Shown here in pieces: positions 8,931 to 19,253 of a stretch of 23,804 nt of DNA. A model generated the notes under the pieces. That model was not told the DNA's origin. It was given only the letters and a program-made list of their open reading frames with translations, and ran no database searches. The DNA comes from Octopus sinensis (lineage: Eukaryota): contig NW_021823689.1 in NCBI RefSeq assembly GCF_006345805.1, positions 1-23,804 of the forward strand, read 5' to 3'. Position numbers and translations under genes: made by a program. Numbering within the stretch: the first letter of the stretch is position 1; each line of letters begins with the position of its first letter.

Positions 8931-10407
8931 CCTATTTCTTTACTACCCACAAGGGGCTAAACTCAGAGAGGACAAATAAGGACAGACAAACGGATTAAAT
9001 TATTTAGTTAGTTACATTTTTGACTCAAAAAGCAAAAAGCAAGGCCATGTAGGGGGACATGGAGTTATGTACAGGGTGGTGTTCATGTAAGGAGTTCAGG
9101 CCACTTGTGATCAAGAGAGACTTTCAACTGAGCGGTCGTCAGCATCTTCACCATCTCGTCCGGCAGCTTATTCCACGGATCCGCAACCCGGACGGATAAA
9201 GCCCTCTCCTTCGATTGAGATGAAATCGTCGCAGATAGAGCTTTTCGGAGTGACCCCGCAGCCGACGCTCTGGAGCAGGAGTGAAGAACACCTTTTTCGA
9301 GAGGTTACACTTTCCGCTTACGATGTTGTGAGCAAGAATGAGATCACCACGGCGTCGTCGTTTTTCTAGAGAATAAAGGTCGAGCGTCTTCAGCCTTTCT
9401 TCATAAGACAAATTCTTGAGACCAAGAACCATGCGGTTAGCCAGCTTCTGGACTCTTTCGAGATGCTGTATGTCTTTGAGGAGATAAGGAGAAGAGGCTT
9501 GAATCCCGTACTCCAATATGGGTCTCACCAGCGTGACATAGAGCGGTAGGAATATGGCTGCTGTGAGCATTCCGAATGACCGTCGAATCAAGAACAGAAC
9601 TCCGCGTGCTTTGTTGGCAGCATGGACGCACTGGGCCGAAGGCGAAAAGGAGGAATCCACCAAGTTACCCAGGTCCTTTACCTGGTCGGTCCTCTCCAGC
9701 AGCAGACGACCCGGCTCGAAATCAAGTTGAGTTGCAGGAGGAGAGCCAACAGGCAGATGACAGCACTTTGACACGTTCAGACACAGGTCCCATTCGTTTG
9801 ACCACCTCCAAATTTGGTGGAGGCATCGACGAAGATCCTCTATATCACCGCGAGGAGCGACCAGTTTGACATCGTCGGCAAATAGAAGGGTGTGTTGCGT
9901 GAGGTCGTCGGGCAAGTCATTTATGAAGACTAAGAACAATAAGGGCCCAAGCACTGAACCTTGAGGCACGCCACTGCTCGCACTTGGAGACGTCGGACAG
10001 CGAACCATTAACTTGGACTCGGAAGGAGCGATCTGAGAGGAAGGTACCAACCCATCGTACAATATCCGGATGGAAACTATATGCTTGAAGCTTGACAAGT
10101 AATTGGCGGTGGTTTACCGAGTCAAAAGCTGTGGCAAAGTCCAATAAAACGATGTCAACAGTATCACCATCATCGAGGATGCGCATCACCAATTCTTCCA
10201 TTACCAGTAAGTTGGTCAAGCATGATCTCTTCGGCACGAAGCCGTGTTGGCAATCAGAGATAGAGGCTGTGTTTTGGAGGTGGAGCATCATACTTTTCTT
10301 AAGGATGGTTTCGAACATCTTGCTGATTATATCGACCCCAGTGCGTAACTGGTACTTATTTAATTGACCCCTCTGTGTGTAACTCCTTGTGGGCAATAAA
10401 GAAATAT
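8931..10407 (-). mobile_element. Group A SINE fragment split by a LINE (8931-8998 and 10325-10371) plus an inverted tail piece (10368-10407)
   Basis: Consensus CGGATTAAGTCGATTATATCGACCCC is split into ...CGGATTAA and GATTATATCGACCCC on either side of the LINE. Confidence 0.8.
8999..10324 (-). mobile_element. 5'-truncated CR1/L2-group LINE (RT domain and 3' end), frameshifted
   Basis: QHGFVPKRSCLTNLL, DIVLLDFATAFDSVNH, WVGTFLSDRSFRV, SGVPQGSVLGPLLFLVFINDLP, LFADDVKL, LVRPILEYG, LERVQK, LSYEERLKTLDLYSLEKRRRRGDLI, RLRGHS. Frameshift near 9985-10010. Short 3' UTR ends in TAACTAACTAAAT. Confidence 0.93.
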
Positions 10408-10974
10408 AAAGAAATATATGTTTTCAGTCACTTTAATTTTACAGAAACCTGGATTTGCTCCGGCCTTATTAGCCTGTATGCTCGCGGCAGATTGTGTTAT
10501 CTTCTGCTTTCTGCTTTATTTCATTATGTAAAAGTACTCGTTTAAAGCAAAGAAATTGCAAACATTTATTCATTTGTTCAATCGGTCCAATTTGTAGACT
10601 TCTAGAAAGATAAATTTAATTTAATTATTTCCATTTATTTTTTCCTACTCTTTCAGCATAACTAAATCGCCCAATAAAAAATATGGAAGCCTGTAGCATC
10701 TGTGTATATATAAGGCAGGATGTGTGTGTGTATGTGTACGTGATTGTAGTTTATGCACATCCACAAATTAGCACGCATGTCGCTCAAATTTTAGGAGGAC
10801 ATTCGTCACGATCCTGGCAGTATTTTCGTCAAATTATTTTCCCCCGAGGCACCCGCGAACAGCGGTAAATAATTTTGAGCCATAACTTCAATTTTCACGG
10901 CGAAGAAATCCACTGTAGTGACGCCATTATTGTTTATAAAACATGAGTTAAGTCCCCTTCTAGCGACGGTGTAA

Positions 10975-11011
10975 AGAGAGGGAGGGAGAGTGAGAGAGAG
11001 TGAGAGAGAGT

Positions 11012-11055
<44 letters not shown>
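10975..11055. repeat. (GA)n microsatellite
   Basis: Direct inspection. Confidence 0.95.
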
Positions 11056-11235
11056 TAACAGATTTTAAAAATTTCTTTTTAGTGAGTGATTGACAGACAA
11101 AAACAGACAGACAGGTGTTGTTATGCATGTATGTATGTGTGAATGGCTTCAGTCACATACACACACTAGCATGTATGCGTACAAAACACACGCGTGCAAT
11201 GTGTGTGTTGACCGTATATATATATACACTATATA

Positions 11236-11584
11236 TCTCTCTATATTTATAAAGCTGAAGTTGTCTGTGTATGGCAGGTTTGGTAGCCTTCAACTAACAC
11301 TATCTCCGCCAAGACCCTGCGGTACTGATTGACCAAAATTGAGAATATGATAGAAGAAGGCTTGCTCTTCATTCCGTAGAAGAAAAATTTCAAATCGGAC
11401 CATGTTAACACCAAAAATTAATTACATCAAAAAGGTGCTTTTTTTCTATGAAAATCCCTATTTTTTTACGATGCTTTGACTGCTGTGTCGCCATTTTTCT
11501 ACATAATGCAAAATTTTTACTTTCCAAAAATTCCAATTCTAAAGGGTCGAAACAAACCCGAGCAACGCCGGGCGATACTGCTAA
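11236..11584 (+). mobile_element. Non-autonomous Helitron
   Basis: 5' A|TC(TC)..TATATTTATAAAG start, subterminal hairpin CCCG-A-GC-AAC-GC-CGGG (11557-11572), and CTAA|T (CTRR) end 8 nt after the hairpin. No TSD. Confidence 0.75.
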
Positions 11585-11663
11585 TAATTCGATAAAAATG
11601 TAAATATTTTCTCTATTATTGCCTATGATAAAGTCCTGAAAGTATTGACCTCTTTGTTTTTAA

Positions 11664-11790
11664 TGTGTGTGTGTGTGCGTGTGCGTGTGTGTGTGTGTAT
11701 GTGTCTGTGTGTGCGTGTGCGTGTGTGTGTGTCTGTGTGTGTGTATGTGTCTGTGTGTGTGTGTGTGTGTGCGCGTGTGTGCGTGTGTGT
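11664..11790. repeat. (GT)n compound microsatellite
   Basis: Direct inspection. Confidence 0.95.
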
Positions 11791-11887
11791 TGTAAAACAA
11801 CTAATGTAATTATGGAGTTATTTTTAATTCTATAGTTACAATTGTTTCAATACAACATGGAAATACATTTCACGAACATAAATATTG

Positions 11888-11933
11888 ATATTAATATTAA
11901 TATTAATATTAATATTAATATTAATATTAATAT
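11888..11933. repeat. Self-complementary (AATATT)n hexamer repeat
   Basis: About 7.5 copies of a palindromic hexamer. Confidence 0.9.
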
Positions 11934-12126
11934 AAGGAATTCGTGTGCATTTCATCAGACTTAGTCATAAGAATAATTATATGCTATTATATGATGAATT
12001 CCTTATATTAATATCATCATGTACGATGTGTTTCCGGGGTTGTATTGGAGCAATTGTAACAGTGCCATAAATTCCATGAATAGTTTCATCTACACGCATA
12101 CAATTAGTAACAGGTATACACCCACA

Positions 12127-12698
12127 AAAGGCGGTGAGCTGGCAGAAACGTTAGCACGCCGGGCGAATTGCTTAGCGGTATTCGTCTGCCGTTACGTTCT
12201 GAGTTCAAATTCCGCCGAGGTCGACTTTGCCTTTCATCCTTTCGGGGTCGATAAATTAAGTACCAGTTGAACTCTGGGGTCGATGTAATCGACTTAATCC
12301 GTTTGTCTGTCCTTGTTCGTTCCCTCTGTGTTTAGCCCCTTGTGGGTAGTAAAGAAATAGGTATTTCGTCTGCGTTACGTTCTGAGTTCAAATTCCGCCG
12401 AGGTCGACATTGCCTTTTATCCTTTCGGGGTCGATAAATTAAGTACCAGTTACGCACTGGGGTCGATGTAATCAACTTAATACCTATGTCTGTCCTTGTT
12501 TGTCCCCTCTGTGTTTAGCCCCTTGTGGGTAGTAAAGAAATAGGTATTTCGTCTGCGTTACGTTCTGAGTTCAAATTCCGCCGAGATCGACTTTGCCTTT
12601 CATCCTTTCGGGGTCGATAAATTAAGTACCAGTTCTTAATACTATGTTGTCCTTGTTTGTCCCCTCTGTGTTTAGCCCCTTGTGGGTAATAAAGAAAT
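12127..12698 (+). mobile_element. tRNA-SINE group A trimer with 15-bp TSD
   Basis: One head with units starting at 12178, 12361 and 12544 (183-bp period; the third is internally deleted). AGGTATACACCCACA lies at 12112-12126 and 12699-12713. Confidence 0.9.
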
Positions 12699-12719
12699 AG
12701 GTATACACCCACATATTTG

Positions 12720-12848
12720 CATGTACATACATTCGTACATACATACATACATACATACATACATACATACATACATACATACATGTGCATATATGTATAA
12801 ATACACTCACACACATACACACACACTCACACACATACACACACACAC
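12720..12848. repeat. (TACA)n/(CA)n microsatellite
   Basis: Direct inspection. Confidence 0.95.
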
Positions 12849-13349
12849 TTTCCATAAGGCAGGTAGCAATCAAAGTCATTAGAACGTAAAATAAATTCCT
12901 TTGCAATATCCGTATTGGCTACCAGCACACTGAGTTCGAATCCTGCTGAAGTCAACTTTGTTTTCATCACATCGGAGTCGATTCTCCTTTCCTTTCGCTA
13001 TCATTGAAGAATTCGATTGTGCTCACAGACGGAAGAAGGATGTGCTCTAAATACATAAGGAACTCAGTTTTTGACGATGGCCCCATAAGGGGTTCTGGGT
13101 TCGAGGATGGAAAGATATAATACACACACACATGCGAAGAAGCACTCATGCACACAGTCCCGGAGGCTGGTGGCTGTTGCGTTTGGTTGTGGCCTTCTAC
13201 GTTCTGTGCCAAAATCAAACAGGGATCAACAATGCATTTAAACTTTCAGGCGTCGATAAAATAAAATAATTCCCAAGTACAGAAGTGGATTTCTTCCCGT
13301 AGGGCATCTTCGGTGTTGTGAAATTATAACAGATCTATCCATCTTTCTT

Positions 13350-13383
<34 letters not shown>

Positions 13384-13386
<3 letters not shown>

Positions 13387-13728
13387 TTTTTTTGGGAAGC
13401 ACTCCGTCGGTTACGACGACGAGGGTTCCGGTTGATCCGAATCAACGGAACAGCCTGCTCGTGGAATTAACGCGTAAGTGGCTGAGCACTCCACAGACAC
13501 GTGTACCCTTAACGTAGTTCTCGGGGATATTCAGCGTGACACAGAGAGTGACAAGGCCGGCTCTTTGAAATACAGGTACAACAGAAACAGGAAGTAAGAG
13601 TGAGAGAAAGTTGTGGTGAAAGAGTACAGCAGGGATCACCACCAGCCCCTACAGGAGCCTCGTGGAGCTGTAGGTGTTTTCGCCGACCGCGAGTCCGCTG
13701 CCCTAATCACTGGGCCATTGCGCCTCCA

Positions 13729-13729
<1 letters not shown>
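13384..13729 (-). mobile_element. tRNA-derived SINE, group B (tail type 3, oligo-A end) inserted in (TATC)n
   Basis: Head GTGGAGGCGCAATGGCCCAGTGATTAGGGCAGCGGACTCGCGGTC with the B-box region deleted. Shared group B body; the tail is also found at 18025-18145. Confidence 0.8.
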
Positions 13730-13796
<67 letters not shown>

Positions 13797-14298
13797 TTAT
13801 CCACCCCACCCTCCGCTTTCACTTTATCTATTTATCTCCCCCCCCCGCGCGCTCTCACTCTATCCTTCCATTTAACTATTCCTTTTACTAGCTACTAAAT
13901 CCATTCCTCAATCTATCTATCCCAACTTATCCCTTCATTCACATCCATTTGTGTGCATCTGTTTATCTTTCCCTCCTCTTTTCTCTCACTCTCACTCCAT
14001 TCGCTCACTCACTCACCACCGTTTCCTCTCGCAGCCTCGTTTTCAACTCCTACTCAACTAACCATTACTTCTGTCACCTCTCCTTTTGTCATTCCATTCT
14101 CTGTCTCCTTCCATCTCCATCCAATCAATCTTCTATACCTCCACCTCCTCCTTCTCATCCTCCGTCCGCATTTCCTCCTTCTCCTTCTCCTGCCAAGCGT
14201 TCTCTATCTTTATATTCCAGACAACAAATCTATTTTATTCGCTATTTTCAACACATCTGTTTACTCCATCTATATGACTCTCTATCTCTATCTACCAG

Positions 14299-14350
<52 letters not shown>

Positions 14351-14381
14351 ATCTCTATCCATGTATCTTTCTGCGTGTCTG

Positions 14382-14448
<67 letters not shown>

Positions 14449-14454
14449 CTACCA

Positions 14455-14526
<72 letters not shown>

Positions 14527-14712
14527 CTCCATCCATCCATCCATCCATTCATCCATCTGCCTGTCTATCTGTATGTCCATTAGTCTATCCATGTGTTTGT
14601 CTACGTATTTGTTAATCATCTATCTTTGCCATCTATCTTTGTGTGTGTGTGCGTGCGTGCGTGCGCGTATGTGTGAGAAAAGACAAGAAGAGAGAGAAAG
14701 AGAGAGAGAGAG
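13730..14712. repeat. Low-complexity pyrimidine-rich block with (TATC)n, (TC)n, (GT)n and (GA)n
   Basis: Direct inspection; explains the 255-aa and 220-aa LSIY ORFs. Confidence 0.9.
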
Positions 14713-14860
14713 ATGAATTAATGTGCATTAAAGAATTTTGATTTACTGAAATTATCTCCTCTTTCGAGGATAGAGGAAAGAATTGGTGGCAATTGTGACT
14801 AAACTCCAAATGAGAAGAGGAGATAATCAGAAGAATCAAGGATTCTCCAAAATTTACATG

Positions 14861-15090
14861 CCTATTTCTTTACTAGCCACAAGGGGCTAAACACAGAGGG
14901 GACAAACAAGGACAGACGAAGGGATTAAGTCGATTAGATCGACTCCAGTGCATACTGGTACTTAATTTATCGACCCCGAAAGGATGAAAGGTAAAATCGA
15001 CCTCGGTGGAATTTGAACTCAGAACGTAACGGCAGACGAAATATGGCTACACATTTCGCCCGGCGTGCTAACGTTTCTGCCAGCTCGCCG
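14861..15090 (-). mobile_element. tRNA-SINE group A monomer
   Basis: Full-length reverse-complement match to the 12130-12361 head and unit. Confidence 0.9.
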
Positions 15091-15324
15091 TATATAGAGT
15101 TAGGCGCTTCTCTAAATCGGACACCAGTTCTTCGCATAGTTTCAACTAAACTCTGCTGATCCTTTTCAATTGAATCAATTACAGCAATGCAAAATAAAGT
15201 ATCTTATTCAAGAACGGACACAGTGCGCCGCCCAGTCCAAAAATGGAGTCCATCATTTCACGATCATGAGCCCAATACGTATTATGTCTTCGAACAAACC
15301 CATGATATTAAAGCCAACTTACTA

Positions 15325-15393
15325 TATCATCGTCGTCGTCGTCGTCGTCATCGTCATCATCATCATCATCATCATCAACAACAACAACAACAC
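15325..15393. repeat. (CGT)n(CAT)n(CAA)n trinucleotide repeat
   Basis: Direct inspection. Confidence 0.95.
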
Positions 15394-15400
15394 CTAGACG

Positions 15401-15615
15401 TAATTATCTCGAGCCCGAGGATACACGGGGCCGGTTATCTGGTTCCCACAGCGAGATCAAAACAACTCTTCTGAACGGGAAACCATTCCCTCGCGTCGCA
15501 GGATTATTCGTTAACAGCCGAGTGAACTGGAGTAGAATGAAATGAAATGATTTGTTCAAGAAAGCAATACATCGCTCGGTTCGAGAATCGAAACCACGAT
15601 CTTGGGATGATGATA
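15401..15615 (-). mobile_element. Degenerate CORE-like tRNA SINE with type-2-like tail
   Basis: B box GGTTTCGATTCTC, a body similar to 17955-18025, and a tail CCTGCGACG...GGCTCGAGA similar to 5922-6020. Confidence 0.55.
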
Positions 15616-15630
15616 AAACCTTTATCAATA

Positions 15631-16029
15631 TATTTCTTTACTACCCACAGAGGGGACAAACAAGGATAGACAGACGGATTAAGTCGATTACATCGACCCC
15701 AGTGCGGAACTGGTACTTTATTTATCGACCCCGAAAGGATGAAAGGCAAAGTCGACCTCGGCGGAATTTGAACTCAGAACGTAGTGGCAGAGGAAATACC
15801 TATTTCTTTATTACCCACAAAGGGCTAAACACAGAGGGGACAAACGACAGACATAGGTATTAAGTCGATTATATCGAACCCCAGTGCGTAACTGGTACTT
15901 AATTTATCGACCCCGAAAGGATGAAAGGCAAAGTGGACCTCGGCGGAATTTGAACTCAGAACGTAGTGGCAGACGAAATACCGCTAAGCATTTCGCCCGG
16001 CGTGCTAACGATTCTGCCAGCTCGTCGCC
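15631..16029 (-). mobile_element. tRNA-SINE group A dimer
   Basis: Head at ~15985-16029 and two units joined at GAAATACCTATTTCTTT (~15793-15809). Confidence 0.9.
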
Positions 16030-16116
16030 CTACAGTAGAGTATGAAATACGAAAGAGAAACTGCGCGGTTATTTTTAGCAAGTCGAGCGACAATGTAATA
16101 TCTCTGTTAGCTATGA

Positions 16117-16260
16117 ATGGTAATGATGATGATGATGTTGATGATCATGACAACGATAGTGCAAGCGGCAGCGGCGGCGGCGGCAGCTGTCGTGGTAGCG
16201 GTGGTGATGGAGGTGTTGGTGTTGGAGTTGGTGGTGATGGTTTTGGTGATGATGGTGGTA
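16117..16260. repeat. (GAT)n/(GGC)n/(GGT)n trinucleotide block
   Basis: Direct inspection. Confidence 0.9.
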
Positions 16261-16914
16261 AAAATGAAGGTTTTTATCAAATTGTTATTCTCGATTGTCA
16301 TTACTTTATTTTATTAGATTTCATTGTTTTTATCGAGGAGCAAAAGGAAACACGAGATATGAGTCAATTGCTCCGCAGTATCTCATAGAAAAAAAAAATG
16401 AAAATAAAACAACAAAGAAAAAAACAAAAAGAGAAAATGCTACTACATCATTTAGTATAATTTGGAACAATTCCCAGAATTAATTCTTACTGCACGACGG
16501 TAAACCTGTGTTGAATTCTTTCTATATTGGCGGTACTTAGTCATACAACTGCTACATATATTATACAGAGAAGAGCTGTTTGTGTTGTGATACAAAAACA
16601 TAAAACTTTTCAATACAACTTTATGTAAGAAGTATGTCGACTCTTATACATGTTAAATTATATGAGATAAACGGATATTATATCCTCGAACTATAGTTTC
16701 TTTCTGTTGGCCCCGCCGTATATGTCAATGACTTGGAAATAAATTAAATGATTGAAGGCGGTTTATGCAGTATAAATCATCGGTTGTCATCTGTCCTGAA
16801 TTAGGAATGAGGTAGGAGATTGTTTTTAAGATTTTCAAGGAAGAAGTTGAGTATATGTCAGGGAATCGAAATCATTAGTTTAATTGTTTTTTTTTTACGA
16901 AAGTATTAATTTAT

Positions 16915-17830
16915 TATTGTTGTATTTCGGAATGGTCATTTTGCCAGTTTAGCCAATAAAAACACACGCACTATATATTTGGTGTTACTTTGCTTCAGTG
17001 TTATTTATTTTTTACATTAAACTTAATCTTATTTCAGCCAGAGTTCTTTCGTCACACTCCTGTGACCGCATCAGTGGTCCTTTGCTTTCTTCTTTCTTAT
17101 TTGTGTGTCTCTTCTTACTAAGCGTCAGCCATTTTGTATTAATTTATTATTATTATTTTTTTTTTGTTAACTCACAAGTTGAGAAAGCTAACAACTTATG
17201 TGTAAGAAAGATGTCGTATAACTTTAATCCGTTCTTAAAAGACTGTCCTTATTTAGCATTAACTATAATAGGTTACTGGTCTCTCCTTTGTCTCTCAGTT
17301 TTCAAATATACTTTTCGTCTTCTGAAAGTGCTTAGGTATTTTCCAGATTGTGATATTTAGAATTTCGAAGGAATCTCTGTTGCAGGTAAGTCTTCAAGAT
17401 GTGCTCTGTAGGTCTTTTAAAGCAAGTTGATGTGAATACATTAACATGGTAATCAATACTTACGTATCTCTTGACAGTTTCCCTTTAAGTGAACAGAGCT
17501 GTTTGTTTCAACATTTCACTTTGTTCTACGACTATTTACAATGATTTTGCATTGTGCTTTTTGACAGCGATAGATATGTTTTCTTATGTAACTCTAGCTC
17601 ACTTTAATGTTGTCATCGTTGAACAGCTTATAGAACTTACTCTTATACCATTAAAGGAAATTTCCATTTTATAGAACAGGAACAAGAGTTCTAGCTCGAA
17701 TACATGAAATTCTACCGTAACACTTTTCAGTGACCATCTTTCTTGATTAGAAGGTTTCTTCAGGAATCCCATTTTGGTGTAAGATTATTGTCTGTTCTAG
17801 CTTAATTGACATCAACCTGAAGAAATAAAT
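16915..17830 (-). mobile_element. Degenerate Penelope-like retroelement 3' half (RT-thumb/linker, GIY-YIG, pLTR), probably Naiad-type
   Basis: Minus strand gives KFYKLFNDDNIKVS*S (17591-17638; cf. KIFNRNxVKVSYSC), CSLKG/NC (17474-17495; cf. CPLxGxC) and KYI*KLRDKGE (17281-17313; cf. SKYIWxLK) in the expected order, then a hammerhead-bearing 3' repeat. The left end is well defined, the right end approximate. Confidence 0.75.
17038..17077 (-). ncRNA. Minimal type-I hammerhead ribozyme motif (A9>C in this copy)
   Basis: CCA-CTGATGC-G-GTCAC-aggagt-GTGAC-GAAA-GAAC-TC-TGG. The sister copy at 3886-3919 keeps CTGATGA. Confidence 0.7.
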
Positions 17831-17886
17831 TCGAATCTAATTCATATTCGATTTTTTGTTTCTGACACCATTAATATATGCGAATA

Positions 17887-18145
17887 GTGGGCGCGTGGTT
17901 AAGTTTTTAGGGTATTTGGGTCAAGATTATAAGATCGTAAATCTGATATCTGGCAACGTGTTGTGTCCTTGAGAAAGTCACTTTATTTCACGTTGCTTCA
18001 GTCCCCTCACCTGGCAAAAATGAGATGTACTTGTATTTCAAAGGGCCGGCCTTAGCACACTATGTGTCACACTGAATCTCCTTGGGAACTAAGCTAAGGG
18101 TACACGTGACTGTGGAGTGCTCAGCTACTTGCACATTGATTTCAC
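17887..18145 (+). mobile_element. Degenerate CORE-like tRNA SINE with type-3 tail
   Basis: CORE-like TTGTGTCCTTGAGAAAGTCACTTTATTTCAC..CAGTC..AAAATGAG, followed by the tail TGTATTTCAAAGGGCCGGCCTT...AAGGGTACACGTG.CTGTGGAGTGCTCAGC that matches 13470-13580 (-). Confidence 0.7.
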
Positions 18146-18183
18146 ACCACAGAACCATCACACATGCTATGTTTGTATGTGTA

Positions 18184-18224
<41 letters not shown>

Positions 18225-18289
18225 AACATTAAGTATGTATGTATGTATAGCAGGTTAGACTAAATTCACTCACAAAAAACACTTTTCCA

Positions 18290-18436
18290 GCATCATGATG
18301 ATGATGATGATCATCATCATCATTTCATCATCCTCATCATAATCACCACCATCATCATCATACTCATCATCATCATCATCCTCATCATAATCACCACCAT
18401 CATCATCATCATCATAATCATCATCATCATCATAAT

Positions 18437-18468
<32 letters not shown>

Positions 18469-18585
18469 TTCTCATCTTCTTTCTTTTTGAGTTGTTCTTG
18501 TTCCTCTTCTTCTTCGTTTCCCCTCCCCTCTCCTTCCCCTCCTCACCTCCTCCTCCTTCTTCTTCTTCTTCTTTATTATTATTAA
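18290..18585. repeat. (CAT)n/(CTT)n/(CCT)n low-complexity block
   Basis: Direct inspection. Confidence 0.9.
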
Positions 18586-19253
18586 GCATCTAAATCTGTC
18601 TCGGGTGTTAAAGCTTCGCGGATGTGTGTGTTGTGATTCTTGCGTTGTGAATCCACTTTTGCTTTGTGTTGTCTGCTTTTTTTCTTTTATTACTCTATAA
18701 GACGCATTTGTAAAATATATCGGTTCCTTGTTTTCGTCTGCTAATACGCATTGGTTATCGGCTGATTCCATTCGCTTTTATCTATTTTATTCATTTATTT
18801 ATTATAACTTTAGCTTGCCAAAGAAATCATTTTCTTGTGATTAAAACCCTATATTCTTTCATAAACTGATAATGTCATCCGTGAATGTATCTGGTTCTTC
18901 CTTTTTGTGTTGGGCATTTTCGAGATCTTGAATCTGGAAAGTTTTTTTCTCGTGCGGATTACCGCCTTTGTTTTCCAGGAAGTAAGTCTTCCGTAGCTTA
19001 CGATATATCACGCCATTTTTTTTCTGTTTATATTTTATTTTATATATTTTTTTTTCGTTCTTTTGCCATGAAGACATTTAAGGAAAATTTTTTTGGTAAG
19101 TTATCCTTCGAGTAATGTATGATTATTCTTTCCATTGTCGGCATGCCATGTTTATAAGTAATGGTTGTCTATGGAACTTTTATCTTTTGTCTTTTACTTG
19201 CATCAATCAGTACAGTGAGGCCATGCTGCAGCACCGCCTTGATGGGTAATATA

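Noticed and set aside
12127-12698. Tandem repeats as a possible CRISPR array or tRNA gene cluster
   Set aside because: Units are 183-bp direct repeats without unique spacers, there are no cas genes, and the context is eukaryotic. The tRNA similarity is limited to SINE heads without a full cloverleaf.
12967-13245. 83-aa minus-strand ORF or possible exon
   Set aside because: No recognisable domain, non-ATG start, no convincing splice signals, and it lies among SINE relics.
13949-14716. 255-aa and 220-aa ORFs, and similar long ORFs at 4373-4929, 20086-20420 and 22735-23482
   Set aside because: They are translations of (TATC)n, (TC)n, (GT)n and (TATG)n microsatellites, with no protein-like complexity.
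15966-16388. 140-aa ORF with poly-D and poly-G runs
   Set aside because: It is a SINE read-through followed by trinucleotide repeats.
16690-16810. Possible RTE LINE C-terminal relic on the minus strand (FRTDDNR, RRGQQK)
   Set aside because: Only two short, weak motif matches.
18590-19180. Unique stretch with an ATTGG (CCAAT) box as a possible promoter or UTR
   Set aside because: Short motifs are expected by chance, and there is no linked exon or ORF.
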